The notes: generated by a model from the letters alone, not told the origin. A stretch of 64,000 nucleotides of DNA from Hormiphora californensis (GCA_020137815.1 CM035350.1:1798001-1862000); one strand, 5' to 3'; shown: positions 1 through 13,853, numbered from the stretch's first letter. Numbers and translations are program-made.

Positions 1-3000
1 GAGAAACAGAGGATACAGCCCAGGATACCCATCGCTAAGTTCAAGGCTGACTCCATTAAAGTTATTGAGATGTGTCAGATTGCTGAGGCGTGGTTGTGTT
101 CCAGTGCGGGATTCCTTGAGGTAAATAGCTTAGATTGGAACAGTAGCGTTAGAAATTTACAAGTTGAAACATCTTGATTGTGATCTAATTCTAACCATGG
201 CAGATCCTAGCTGAAATGTTTAGCATAGAGAGACTGTTTCAACACTCCAATTATCTCCACAGGTCACAGAAGCAGCAGGGAAGATTATCGCTAAATCCCT
301 CAAGCTGGAGGTTGAATCTCGAACTCTAACGGAGCAAGACTTGACCGATTGGCTGGCCCAGACCCTTCCCATTGGAAAGAAGTTATACAAAAACAGACAC
401 ACAGACAAGAAAGAATCCCACGCTGAGCTTATCATGGATGAGGGTCTGGATATGAAGTTTGGAAGAGATATCCACAGTCTGACAGTCCGGCCTGTAGGGA
501 AGCTGAGGGATAAGTTCCCTGGTATTAATAAGAACTTTATCTACATTCCAAAACCTGTTTCTGTCGGGCAGACCGATGTAAGTAATATCGGGAGTTTAAT
601 GGCTACAGCCATGGGAAGTTCAAAGGCGTTGGGTTGATACTACACTCCCATCTCCCCACCCTCTAAGACTGACAGAGTTGGGCGATAAGAGTCTTAGTCT
701 TAGTCTTAGTCTAACTCCAACCCCCCCTCTAGTTGCGGTTTACCCTCAAGTTGGACCATTATGTTGGAGGGTGGGGATCTGAGGACCCCACTGAGACTAT
801 TGAAATCCTGAAACTTCACTGCCCCGATAACCACAAAGTTAACATCTTCTGCAACTTGGACCTGTTTGATTCAAAGCGGGTCTTCAAGATAGGGAACCTG
901 GTTACAGTGCCCCTAGAGGAAATAGAACAGTTCCATAGGCTGGTACACGAGGCATCCAAAGAGGTGAGCGTTAGGGGCGAGTTCTACCTGGCTATGTCTA
1001 ACTTCCTCCTCCTCCCTCCCAGATATCCCAGCTATGTCTAACCCCCTCCTCCTCCCTCCCAGATATCCCAGCTATGTCTAACCCCCTCCTCCTCCCTCCC
1101 AGATATCCCAGCTATGTCTAACCCCCTCCTCATCCCTCCCAGATATCCCAGCTATGTCTAACCCCCTCCTCCTCCCTCCCAGATATCCCAGCTATGTCTA
1201 ACCCCCTCCTCCTCCCTTCCATATATCCCAGCTATGTCTAACCCCCTCCTCCCTCCCAGATATCCCAGCTATGTCTAACCCCCTCCTCCTCCCTCCCAGA
1301 TATCCCAGTTATGTCTAACCCCCTCCTCCCTCCCAGATATCCCAGCTATGTCTAACCCCCTCTCCCCCTCCCAGATATCCCAGCTATGTCTAACTTCCTC
1401 CTCCTCCCTCCCAGATATCCCAGCTATGTCTAACCCCCTCCTCCTCCCTCCCAGATATCCCAGCTATGTCTAACCCCCTCCTCCTCCCTCCCAGATATCC
1501 CAGCTATGTCTAACCCCCTCCTCATCCCTCCCAGATATCCCAGCTATGTCTAACCCCCTCCTCCTCCCTCCCAGATATCCCAGCTATGTCTAACCCCCTC
1601 CTCCTCCCTCCCATATATCCCAGCTATGTCTAACCCCCTCCTCCCTCCCAGATATCCCAGCTATGTCTAACCCCCTCCTCCTCCCTCCCAGATATCCCAG
1701 TTATGGCTAACCCCCTCCTCCTCCCTCCCAGATATCCCAGCTATGTCTAACCCCCTCCTCCTCCCTCCACGATATCCCAGCTATGTCTAACCCCCCTCCT
1801 CCTCCCTCCCAGATATCCCAGCTATGTCTAACCCCCTCCTCCTCCCTCCCAGATATCCCAGCTATGTCTAACCCCCTCTCCCCCTCCCAGATATCCCAGC
1901 TATGTCTAACCCCCTCCTCCTCCCTCCTAGATATCCCAGCTATGTCTAACCCCCTCCTCCTAGCCTCCCTCCCAGATATCCCAGCTATGTCTAACTTCCT
2001 CCTCCTCCCTCCCAGATATCCCAGCTATGTCTAACCCCCTCCTCCTCCCTCCTAGATATCCCAGCTATGTCTAACCCCCTCCTCCTAGCCTCCCTCCCAG
2101 ATATCCCAGCTATGTCTAACTTCCTCCTCCTCCCTCCCAGATATCCCAGCTATGCCAGGAGGACCGTGTAAACGCGGAACACGTCCTCTGCAAGGCTATG
2201 GCCCTCAGTGGACCTCAGTTTGCTAACATCCAAGAGCGGTACCCTGACGAGCACTTTATGAGGGTTCAGGCGTACTTCTATCTGTGGAAGAACATGAGAC
2301 CAGAGGACCAGGATAATCTACAGGCACTCAATGAAACCCTCATCAAGGTATAATGATAGGGTTTTAGTTGGTCGATGTAAAGGAGGGTTAGAATATACCA
2401 AGGTTTTAGCAGCAGTAGACCGAGTAAAGATAATTCTTAGATCATAGTTTATGTTTAGAGTTTTTGGAATTCTGTGATAGCATTAAGCATAATTTGATTA
2501 GGACGAAATTTCCGAAATGAAAGTCAAAAGAACCCAAAAACAAATTACCAAGTAGCTGAGCAATTTCAAAAACTTTGCGAGTGACTCATAAATTCCTGAG
2601 TTTATCATTATCAATTATTAATTGAATTAAACATTTCCACACCCCATAAAAGGCTAGGCCGAGTTTGTGCTGTTGCACCTCCCCCGCGCAAAAATAAAAA
2701 ATAATAGTATGAACAATACAAGGCCGAGTCCCCTCTAACAACACCCCTCCCCTACCACAGGTCGGTATGAAGAAGCGTCCATGGCCGATGAGGGGCAAGC
2801 TGGGTGTACCTGATGTTACTGTAAGGACTGTCATTCCTGCACCACCTGAGAACATGATGTTTAGTATTGCTTACGACTACTTCAGCGGTAAGTGGATAGA
2901 TTGGAAGTTGGATCTGTAGGAGAGATCAACCAAATATATTGGAACATTCCCATGATGTATTTTAGAGACTAAAAAGGACTGCGTAAGGGATATAACCAAT

Positions 3001-5514
3001 AAACCAACCCAATTCCCCATCCTAGATCGGTTAGAGAAAGCCACAGAGAAGAACGATAAGGAAAACATTGAGAAGTATCAGACCTTCTTGAGGCATCTAG
3101 GTACCCATCCCGCCAAGAGGGATGCTGAGGGAGCCAAGTTTAAGAAGAAGCTACTTACTTCAATATTCAACACTGGCGCTAAAAAGGGTAAGTTGTTGGG
3201 TATGTTATCCCTATATCCCGTCAGTATGACTAAAATGTAAAGTCTTATCGATCTATTTCCTAGTGTTACACAGATGACTCCATATCTAACCCTTTTCGTT
3301 TGTCTCACAGCGTCAAAGAAAGAACAAATGAAGGCTCTAAGGAGACAAGCCAAGTCAAAGGTGAGAACACTCTTCTTAGTTATATACAAGGTGTATGCCT
3401 GTTTGTACAACAGTTTGTAACTGTATCATAACTCCTAAACCACTATAAGGACTGGAAGACTCTGGGTAAGGGTATAATGTTGTACAGACGACAGTTGAAG
3501 GTTGACTCAGTACAGAGTGAGCATGATAGGACACTGGGTACCTCAGAGGCGGGTACCTCAGAGAGGGGTGGCACCTCGGAGGCTGGAACCTCCCCACGAC
3601 CCCTCTCCCCACCGGCACCAGAGCAGGGAACTAAGAATGGGGGAAAGAGACAAGTACGGCCGCTACTTGCTTGGATAGCCCTGATGCTAGATGGCATTAT
3701 GATATCCCAGAGGGCGACCCTCGCTATAATTGTATTGGCTTAGCTTGGTTTCAGTAATCTCAGAAGGAACCAGCTATAGCTATATCGCCCCCACAATACC
3801 ATACACCACGGCACACGCATTTACATAGATGTCCGATGGCGTAAAAGGCTGGTCTGCTAAATTTTACGGTATAAATCCGTGAATACCCCACCGCTATAAT
3901 TTTATAACTCTGTGTGAATTCTCTCACCAAGTCACCCCAGCGCCCCCTACAGAAAGTTAAGAAGGAACCCTCGGTTGAAAGAAATACTGGAGCTGGAGAG
4001 AAGACAGCTAAATCAAAGTTCAGATCGACTGCTAAGATACACTGGTTCCATAAGAAGAGTACCCCCACTGGTGATGTCGCCAAGTAAGTCTCATCATCAT
4101 TATCTTCAGTTTGACTTTCACAAACCGACATTGCTCTTTTTATTGTTTGGCTCTTTTTTTCGGCTGAATTCAAACCCTCTCTGTTTGTTATTCACCCCCT
4201 CCTTGCTCTATAGTGGTACTGCCCCCTCGTCACCTAACACTAAAGATATAGTACCTGAATCACCATCCACCTCAGATCCGTAAGAATACACGTTCTTTGT
4301 GTGTTACCCGTGCATGTGTGGTACAATGGTACCATAATTTATGTGTGTGTGTGTTATTCGTGTAACAGATTTGAGTGTTCTTCTACCGATGCTATTCCAT
4401 TTTAGTGGATTTCAATCATAATACTTCCACGTTTTCGGTATTTGCTGTGTACTGTTTTGTTCAAATTCATATGGTGTGTCAACCATATCGTTTTGTGTTT
4501 TATGTGATCCTGCTCATTCGGTGCTGTGTTAAATAATTTCCGTTCCTGCTTTTACTTTTCCCGCGTGATTGTGAAGTTCCAGAGTGCTCCGTTTCACTGT
4601 GAAGCTGCAATTTCTCTCTGATATTATGTCTCTGATCCCCCTGGCTTCTCACCAGAGAACCCCTGGTATCTGAGCGGAGAGATAAAACTGAGGAAGATGA
4701 TGGAGAGATTAGGGCAACATCACCCCTCATCCCTGAGCGGTTTGAAGAGTCTGAGGAAGTCCCTTCTGATTATAAACCCAGGACCACCTCCTTCATGTCC
4801 TCCCTAAGGAGCAGCTTCAGGAGGAACAAGAAACCAGTGTCAGCCTCACATAGCGAACCAAACCCTCCTTTAGGTTGGATAGTTGTGTCTGTAATTGTGA
4901 ATCACAGTTGGTTGTGCAATTGTGATTTGTACAGAGTGTTTGTGAACTTGTATCATTGTGCGTAATAATTGTAGTGTCAAGTGTGTGACACCTTTTGGGT
5001 TTGTTGGATGTTACAATTAAATGTTTGAATCTAGTTGGAAACATGCGCAGACCCTTCTCATTTCTTATTAGGAGCCCTTTAATGTTTCTGTGTAGTTGGA
5101 ATCCTTCCCTCTAGAAAATAGTGAGCCATGACGCCTTCCTACCTTCACAATCCCAACTATCGATTATCAAAAAGAGCCTTATATCAGTTGTTATCAGCAT
5201 GTTTTATATGTGTTTAGAGCATGTTTTGTGTTAGATCTGTGTTACATTATTGAACTGTGTTAGGTTCAACAAGAAATACTTTCTGTCTACCGATCAACCA
5301 TCCATAATTGGTCCAATTACATGTCCGCACGGACACCACATTCATTATCCTATCACACTCCTCCCTAGTTTCTAACACCCTATCTCTCCCTATTTCAGGT
5401 ACCAGAACTCTCCCTATGGAAACCCGTCAGACATCCTCAAAGCAAGATCACCCAGACCTCCCCGCCGAAAATTCGAAGCCATTGTCGAGTGAAGATGACA
5501 AGACTGAACAATAA
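1..5514 (+). CDS. Multi-exon death-domain-containing protein, 5'-truncated by the window edge
   Basis: Phase-consistent GT-AG exons at about 1-120, 263-577, 733-963, 2141-2347, 2761-2888, 3026-3187, 3311-3360, 3450-3653, 3952-4083, 4214-4279, 4656-4873 and 5399-5514 (TAA). Exon 2141-2347 reads ISQLCQEDRVNAEHVLCKAMALSGPQFANIQERYPDEHFMRVQAYFYLWKNMRPEDQDNLQALNETLIK, then VGMKK, which fits a death-fold pattern. Family not identified. Confidence 0.6.
990..2154 (+). repeat. About 40-bp minisatellite (~29 copies); unit = branch point + polypyrimidine tract + AG acceptor + first 14 nt of the exon
   Basis: Unit tctaaccccctcctcctccctcccag|atatcccagctatg. Only the last copy (AG at 2139-2140) continues into the open exon. 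Confidence 0.95.
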
Positions 5515-5789
5515 CTTTGCCACGACAGGAACACGTGTTGTGTAAGGGTTTCTTTGAACAGTTGATCAGGGTCTGCCAGTGCTCTGATAGATCAGTGTGG
5601 TACAGGTGTGTGTGAAATGGTAGTGGTACTACCAGGTACAGTGGTGTGACACACTGTGTATGAACTGACTTGGGACAATGTGATTTAGAGAGAGAGAGAA
5701 CAGAACTATGAGATGACTCGAGAAATAGAGCAGGTTATATATGACAATTTCAAGTTGATTTTATATGTTAAAGTTTTGTGCTAGGACTG

Positions 5790-6080
5790 TCTTTTCCCAA
5801 ATCCAAATCCAACGAGTTTCATTCAATTTCAACTAATCTCGGCAGACTGAGTATTGGAAAATTGCACAGGAGTTTTCTAGCGGCACTGACTGCTGAGTGC
5901 TGACCCAATCTGAATACATAATTGTTCATGTTGAGAATCAATCAATGAATACAGGTTCGGCGCCGCCACATTCCACACGAGGGAGTTGACTGCTGTTTGC
6001 GTATCAGTCAAGATTGTCTGCCGAGATTAGCTTTGTGTATGGAACTGATACTCGGGTTATTTTATATTTGAAGAATCCAA
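5790..6080. mobile_element. Probable degenerate MITE
   Basis: Inverted pair ctaatctcggcagac (~5833) / gtctgccgagattag (~6016) with further degenerate flanking symmetry. Confidence 0.4.
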
Positions 6081-6412
6081 AATACAGATTACAAAAAGCA
6101 CACACATTTCTAAAACAAAGTCAGATAAAAAAGTAACTTTTTACTCTCTAATTTCAGCATCTACACTCTCATTTTGTACAGGATACGTGAGCTTCTTTAT
6201 TCGATCTCAAATATTCCTCTAACTTCTGTTTCTCTGACTACTGACATACCATGCTCTGCAAAGATACCACGAACAATATTCCAAGTCGTGGGGATATCAG
6301 GAACTACATTTACAGACAAAAAGGCACATATAAATTCTGCTAAGCTACTCAACTCTCTCTCTCTCTACACACTGAACTGCAACTGCTAGTTTTTAGAGGG
6401 GATGTGATCAGC

Positions 6413-8885
6413 TCAGGCACTGTAGATACTCTCAATGTCTATAACCTCATTATTTTCCAATACAGCTCCATCCCGTACCATTGTACACACAATGTTGGCA
6501 ATGTTTCTTGTGTCCGATATACCACTGTGGGGCGTCCTAGGGGAGGATGAGGGGGTTAGAATAGGCTTTATTTATTAGGGGAGGAGGGGGTTAGAATTAG
6601 CTTCATTGGGGAAGAGGGATTAATGCTGGGCCCTTCCCGAATCCCGGCTCCATATTCCCCTCCTTCCCAGCTGGGGGGAATATGGAGCCGGGATTCGGGT
6701 TACTGGGTTAGCCTATGGAAGAGGGGACCGGTAAATTAGATAGACTTACCCCTCAGCTTGTAGCCCCAGTGTTTTTAACATCAAGTCCAAATTTACTCTC
6801 TTCACTCCGTAGAAATTACAGAATTTCCGTCTCACATTGCAGAACTGCATACACATTTGGGGGAAGTCCATATTGTTATATCTGCATTCCTTCGCTAGGA
6901 ACTTCTTGAAATCCCATGGCCTGGGTAAAGGAGATGATGGTGATTTGTCGAGTTTAAATGAGGTTTAAACACACTTGCACTTTTTGGTTTCTTCAGTCTC
7001 AATTTGTTGGGCAAGTCCCTACACTTACCCGTCAGTTATGAAGCAGAGATTGGTTATTCGTTCATCTGATCCTTCCTCCTCATCCCCCTCCTCCCCAGGC
7101 GGGGCTCTCTTCTCGTCCAACCACCTCCCCAGATCTCCCCAGACACTCGTGAAATCTCTACTCTGATTTATCATAGTCTGAGGGAGAGTTTGGGTCGTGA
7201 TATTCTCAAATACCTATCAAAGAAACAATGTGAGACTGATAGACTGATCACAGATAGACAATAAAATTAAACGAATGAAACAGAAAAGGGGAAGGTACCT
7301 GGTTGATTCCGGTTAATTTCTTGCAAAACGGTGACAACTGAGGGCACATCTTGGGTTTAACATACTCGTGGAAGATATCAACCTGTAAGAGAAATAAGTA
7401 ACCAATCAGTTACACAGATACAGTAACAATGCAACTGTGTGTGACTCACTATTATGTGTGAAGAGCGATGTTTGGGTTTTTCAAGCGATCCAAAGGGAGA
7501 CTTTGCGCGGGGTCGTTCACAAGTCGTGCACCGCGCGCTACAAACAATGCAGACAGGGAGGGAGAGGAAGGAAACCAATCCTGGGGAAACAAAAACCACA
7601 CCGCATCACATACTGTCATGGATTGGTAATGAAATTCCCCCTCTGCGCTAGCTCACGGAGGGGTAATAATATCGCTTGTACGGCGGGAAAAAAATTCCTG
7701 TGTCCAAACTACAAAACAGAAAGTTCTAATTTTTTGAACATACCGAGGAAATTGTCTGAGCTACCATTACATACCGGAATTTTTCGATATTTTGGCCATT
7801 AACACTGTTTTTGTTTTTGGAAAACTATGAAGATGCTGGAATTTGGATACAAAAAGCTTCAGAAATGTGCAAAATGCCATTCCAAAGGTATTAGAGGTGG
7901 ATTCATTGATAACTAAGCTATAGTCGAGTCAGAAAAAATTCCACAAGATTGGAATTTTATGCCCATATAAGGAGTTATGCGACACACCTCTGTTGTTAAA
8001 CATGTGGTGTAATCGCTACCGGTCGTTACTTTCTGTAGAATTCAGGTCCTGGTTACTATACAAACTAGTACCATACGTTTTAGATAGGTTTTAGACAAGT
8101 TTTCGATAACTTTTTATGAGAAGGTCCCGTAAATTTTCATTTTTAGGTAGGCGGTATTGTCACCCCTATATGCAATAATAGGGGTGACTTCGTAACCAAT
8201 GTCATGGACTAGTTACAAATAAACCACCAGATAATAGTGATCTCTCTCTAGACACTTACAATTCTGGCAGTAGCGACCTCGATCAGAACCAGAGGAACCT
8301 CAATTATCTCGTGCATGTAATCCGTTCCAACAGCACTGCGAGAATTATTGTCATTGTCATTGTTAGAAACCAGAGGAATACCACGATATTCATTCATCCT
8401 AATTATCTTAATTAGGGTAAAAATACCTACTTTTCATCACATGTCGCTTCAAAATCAATGACAGCGTAGTGCGAGTAGGGGTTCTTCCGGTGCCAAATAA
8501 GAATGTGTGGATAACGGAGTGATTCTACTCTCCTGTAGTGCTCTTTTAGTCGCTTCTGGAGGACTTGTGGCGAACCCCTGCAAGGGAGATAGGGTTTAGT
8601 TGTGGCAGAAGCATTGATATAGTGGCCTCACAGAGCGGAGATTGTGGTCGCAGAACCAAACACAAGCGTGGTTGAGGAACTCATGGGCTTTGTTTTTTCT
8701 TCTCTTCCAAGTACTTGACTTAGGAGAGAAAATAGCACGCGAAATTCCTAACGGCCTAGGACCTACCTAGTATCAAGTCCCACACTATTTAACTCTTCCT
8801 TTAGTACAGCAGTAGATATAGTGTGGATGCGGCCGAACTCCTTAGTTAAATTGGATATCCTCTTACTATCCTCATAACTTGACAT
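6413..8885 (-). CDS. ERI1: 3'-5' exoribonuclease 1 (SAP + DEDDh domains), multi-exon
   Basis: Hand-spliced: MSSYEDSKRIS...LKEELNSVGLDTR|GSPQVLQKRLKEHY (SAP), YAVIDFEATCDE, HEIIEVPLV, FHEYVKP...LSPFCKKLTGINQ, FITDG|PWDFKKFL, PHSGISDTRNIA. These are the ERI1 exonuclease motifs. TGA at 6413-6415. Absent from the ORF track because the exons are short. Confidence 0.92.
6636..6699. repeat. Near-perfect hairpin in the last ERI1 intron
   Basis: cccgaatcccggctccatattcccc ... ggggaatatggagccgggattcggg (25-bp arms). Confidence 0.85.
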
Positions 8886-9479
8886 TGGGCCTAGTTAGAT
8901 TGGGTCGGGTTAGTACTATTGGGTCGGGTACCTAGTTTATTGGGCATTTTGGGTTAACTTATTGGGCTAGATTAGGATCAGTTAGTATAGGGAGTATGTT
9001 TATTGCAGGGCGGTGTTAGAAAATAGTGGACCTCAGTGCAGAGATATAGCAAGGAGCAATACACTGGGGGCATTGGCGACTACTGCATCTCTCATCAATC
9101 TAATTTCGGTGTCCTCTAACTAAAAGGACAAAAGGTACGGGAGCTCTAACTTGGGGGAAACAAAAAATGTAAACAATGTACTAAATCAATTAAAATTATT
9201 TTATAATCAACTTTCTATAAAGTCTAAAAACAAAACAAAATGTAACCCTGCAATAATAAATTAAGTTGTTTGATTGTGTAAAATAGGTGTGTGCTTTGAC
9301 ATGCTAACATAGCAAAATAAAAAATCCTATAAAACTGCTTGTAAAGTGGAGTGACTGTAATACCATGTAGCACGCTTGTAAAGTGGACTGGAATTTGTTA
9401 TGTTCAAACCCTCCGGAGCGCACGGAAAGAGGGTAGAGCAAGGCAAACTGGAATCACTCAAGACCATTCTTGAGTGTAA

Positions 9480-10317
9480 CTACTCAATAAAGGTGCAAAT
9501 CTCGTCGAGTGGTTTACGTCCAAAGTCAGGGACAGTAGCCTTGTCAGAGGGATAACCAATGGGCAGCAGGTAGGCCAACTTCTCGTGATCGGGACGATTC
9601 AATAACCTGAGATGTGTAGAAAGGGGTGGATTCTCTCTTTTAGTTAAAATAACGATCTCACCGCAAGAGTAAGACCTTCTGTTTTCCATAAATCCCATTC
9701 AGTAAGGTCTCGTCACTACAATAAACTAAACCTGCTAGGTGGTCTACACTCTACATACCTCCGTAAGGCAGGCCCGCAGTTCATGGGAGTACTGGTAACT
9801 GTAACAAGTCCAACATTGTTTAGTGCACAGAGCAGGATACCAACAGCAATGGAAACAGACGCCTGGGGGTTGTAGTAGGAGTTGGAGAAGGAAATGCAGT
9901 GGAAATATACAGTAGCAGTGGAAATGGTAGTCGCAGCTAGAAACAATAGTAATGCAGTGGAAATGGAAATGGAAACAGTATGAAATTCTAACTTGAGTAT
10001 TCGAACATCTCTGTGAAGAATGAGATGTCTCCTATGCTGTTATGTCGCATTATGGGCGTGGTGACAACTGACAAAGGATCGAGCTAAGAAATATCTATCT
10101 CACCTCGTAGTACCAGTGGTTATGTCTCTATCTCACCTCGTAGTACCAGTGGTTATGTCTCTATCTCACCTCGTAGTACCAGTGGTTATGTCTCTATCTC
10201 ACCTCGTAGTACCAGTGGTTATGTCCCCATACACAAAAGTCGTGGAGTTTCGGGCGTGAACTCCAAGTCAAATTCATGAGTTAGAATAGGGAAAAAGTCG
10301 AACTAAAAACGAGGGAA

Positions 10318-10411
<94 letters not shown>

Positions 10412-11433
10412 CTCTAAGCAGTAAGTGCTTGCGTATCATGGCCCATGTCAGCGCCTTGCCTTGTAAACATATTATGGCCCTTGTCAGCGCCTTGCCTTGT
10501 ATACATATCATGGCCCTTGTCAGGCCTTGCCTTGTAAACATATCATGGCCCTTGTCAGGCCTTGCCTTGTAAACATATCATGGCCCTTGTCAGCGCCTTG
10601 CCTTGTAAACATATCATGGCCCTTGTCAGCGCCTTGCCTTGTAAACATATCATGTCCCTTGTCAGCGCCTTGCCTTGTAAACATATCATGGCCCTTGTCA
10701 GCGCCTTGCATTGTAAACATATCATGGCCCTTGTCAGGCCTTGCATTGTATACATATCATGGCCCTTGTCAGGCCTTGCCTTGTAAACATATCATGGCCC
10801 TTGTCAGCGCCTTGCCTTGTAAACATATCATGTCCCTTGTCAGCGCCTTGCCTTGTAAACATATCATGGCCCTTGTCAGCGCCTTGCATTGTAAACATAT
10901 CATGGCCCTTGTCAGGCCTTGCATTGTAAACGTATCATGGCCCTTGTCAGCGCCTTGCATTGTAAACGTATCATGGCCCTTGTCAGGCCTTGCATTGTAA
11001 ACGTATCATGGCCCTTGTCAGGCCTTGCATTGTAAACATATCATGGCCCTTGTCAGCGCCTTGCATTGTAAACGTATCATGGCCCTTGTCAGCGCTAGTA
11101 ACTTGTCAAATGAGACCTGAGAGAGAAGCATGCATTTGAATGGTGAAAAGACACTCCAGGCGGCTCCATGATCTCCCCCTACCCCCTTTATAATGTACGT
11201 GACGTCACCAGTATTTAGACTCCATATAAAATGACTCTCACTCTTCCGACTCCATACTTGTTGATTCTGACTCCAACTCGCGCGGCTTTACAAGTCGCGC
11301 GCGATTTATACTCTCTTGAATTGTAAAAGTAGTATCTCTTCCATGGTGCAACGGTTAGCAGCTCCGACTCTGAAGCAGGCGACCCGTGTCCAATTCCCGC
11401 AAAACTCATAACAAACTAATGAATTTTTTTTAA

Positions 11434-11483
<50 letters not shown>

Positions 11484-13853
11484 CAAGGCGCTGACAAGGG
11501 CCATGATACGTTTACAACGTGAGGCGCTGACAAGGGCCATGATAGGTTTACAAGTCATATTTCTCCTAAAAATTTGGACTCCAAGTCCACTCTCAGACTT
11601 TTGGGTTAGGGGTTATGTCTCTATCTCACCTCGTAGTACCAGTGGTTATGTCTCTATCTCACCTCGTAGTACCAGTGGTTATGTCTCTATCTCACCTCGT
11701 AGTACCAGTGGTTATGTCTCTATCTCACCTCGTAATACCAGTGGTTATGTCTCTATCTCACCTCGTAGTACCAGTGGTTATGTCTCTATCTCACCTCGTA
11801 GTACCAGTGGTTATGTCTCTATCTCACCTCATAGTACCAGTGGTTATGTCTCTATCTCACCTCGTAGTACCAGTGGCTATGTCTCTATCTCACCTCGTAG
11901 TACCAGTGGTTATGTCTCTATCTTACCTCGTAGTACCAGTGGTTATGTCTCTATCTCACCTCGTAATACCAGTGGTTATGTCTCTATCTCACCTCGTAGT
12001 ACCAGTGGTTATGTCTCTATCTCACCTCGTAGTACCAGTGGTTATGTCTCTATCTCACCTCGTAATACCAGTGGTTATGTCTCTATCTCACCTCGTAGTA
12101 CCAGTGGTTATGTCTCTATCTCACCTCGTAGTACCAGTGGTTATGTCTCTATCTCACCTCGTAGTACCAGTGGTTATGTCTCTATCTCACCTCGTAATAC
12201 CAGTGGTTATGTCTCTATCTCACCTCGTAGTACCAGTGGTTATGTCTCTATCTCACCTCGTAGTACCAGTGGTTATGTCTCTATCTCACCTCGTAATACC
12301 AGTGGTTATGTCTCTATCTCACCTCGTAGTACCAGTGGTTATGTCTCTATCTCACCTCGTAGTACCAGTGGTTATGTCTCTATCTCACCTCATAGTACCA
12401 GTGGTTATGTCTCTATCTCACCTCGTAGTACCAGTGGCTATGTCTCTATCTCACCTCGTAGTACCAGTGGTTATGTCTCTATCTTACCTCGTAGTACCAG
12501 TGGTTATGTCTCTATCTCACCTCGTAATACCAGTGGTTATGTCTCTATCTCACCTCGTAGTACCAGTGGTTATGTCTCTATCTCACCTCGTAGTACCAGT
12601 GGTTATGTCTCTATCTCACCTCGTAATACCAGTGGTTATGTCTCTATCTCACCTCGTAGTACCAGTGGTTATGTCTCTATCTCACCTCGTAGTACCAGTG
12701 GTTATGTCTCTATCTCACCTCGTAGTACCAGTGGTTATGTCTCTATCTCACCTCGTAATACCAGTGGTTATGTCTCTATCTCACCTCGTAGTACCAGTGG
12801 TTATGTCTCTATCTTACCTCGTAGTACCAGTGGTTATGTCTCACACCCTTGTCATCATCATGGTATGGAACTTTAAAGACCAGGATAATAGCGGGGGCCT
12901 CTGTGATGTACTCCTTGACAAATGTAGTCTTGATTGTCTGCAAATCACCCAACCACTTCTTACCCATTCTCCGCTCGTAGTTAACCTGTAGTAAATATGA
13001 AATAGTTAAGTATGTAGTCGAGATAAATCACTTCCATCATTATCACAACGGTCAAGGAAGTCGAGTTCCTATGAATTCAGTCATTAAACTATTACTGTTA
13101 CACCATTATAACTCACCCTCTCCTCATCCTCTACTAGAGACCTGATAACCTCTCTGTCCTCCTTATTGTACACCACTACAAACCTCCACGGTTCAGTGTG
13201 TGCCCCACTAGGACTAGTCCCCGCTGCCAGGACACACTGCTCAATCACCTTCCTCTCTACCGGGTCAGAGGAGAAGAACCGGCAGGATCTCCGCTGGTTT
13301 ACCAGCTTGTAGAAGTCACGTGATCTTTGGAGCATGGTGGCGGGGTCGTACCGGGGTAGAGAGAAGGGGATGTGAGTGGAATCCTCCTCAATCTAGAAGG
13401 AGAAGACAGGTTAGGGAGAACAAGGGGCAAAGGTCAAAGAAGATACTGGAATATTTCGTGAGGTAGTTTTTTATACAGCTTAGTATCTAAGGCAGAGTAA
13501 AGCCTGCAATTCAACGAGAAAAGACTCACGGAAGGGATGTATTTCTCGTAGAAGTAGTTTCCATCACTTTCCTCCACAACATTCTTATCAGCAAACAAAC
13601 CACCATCCGGTGCCTCCTCCTCCTGCTTCCCCTTAGCCCCGCCACTCTCCTGAGATACAGATTCCAGTTGTATAATATAGTCAGTCTGATAGACTTGTGT
13701 GTCCCCCTAGTCAGTCTGATCCCCCCTGCTTGAAATAGTACATTGAGGAAAGTGAAAACATCTACACCTCAAGTAAATGGATCAACGCTTCTACACACAT
13801 ATCAACATCACATAATTAGCATACTGCTGCATATGCACACGCTTTCCCAGTTT

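Larger units (their letters stand above)
10095..12843 (-). repeat. 33-bp minisatellite (37 copies at 11611-12843 plus 4 at 10095-10225); unit = 3' end of IYD exon 4 + GT donor
   Basis: Minus-strand unit gagacataaccactggtactacgag|gtgagata encodes RHNHWYYE followed by the donor. Variants recur at 561-bp (17-unit) spacing. Confidence 0.97.

Noticed and set aside
8600-8720. Structured-looking segment in ERI1 intron 1 as a snoRNA or extra exon
   Set aside because: No canonical C/D or H/ACA boxes, and the flanking exons join correctly without it.
11503-12991. 457/458-aa repetitive ORFs ([11 protein letters not shown] / [11 protein letters not shown])
   Set aside because: Antisense read-through of the 33-bp IYD donor array. 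A unit length divisible by 3 keeps frames open.
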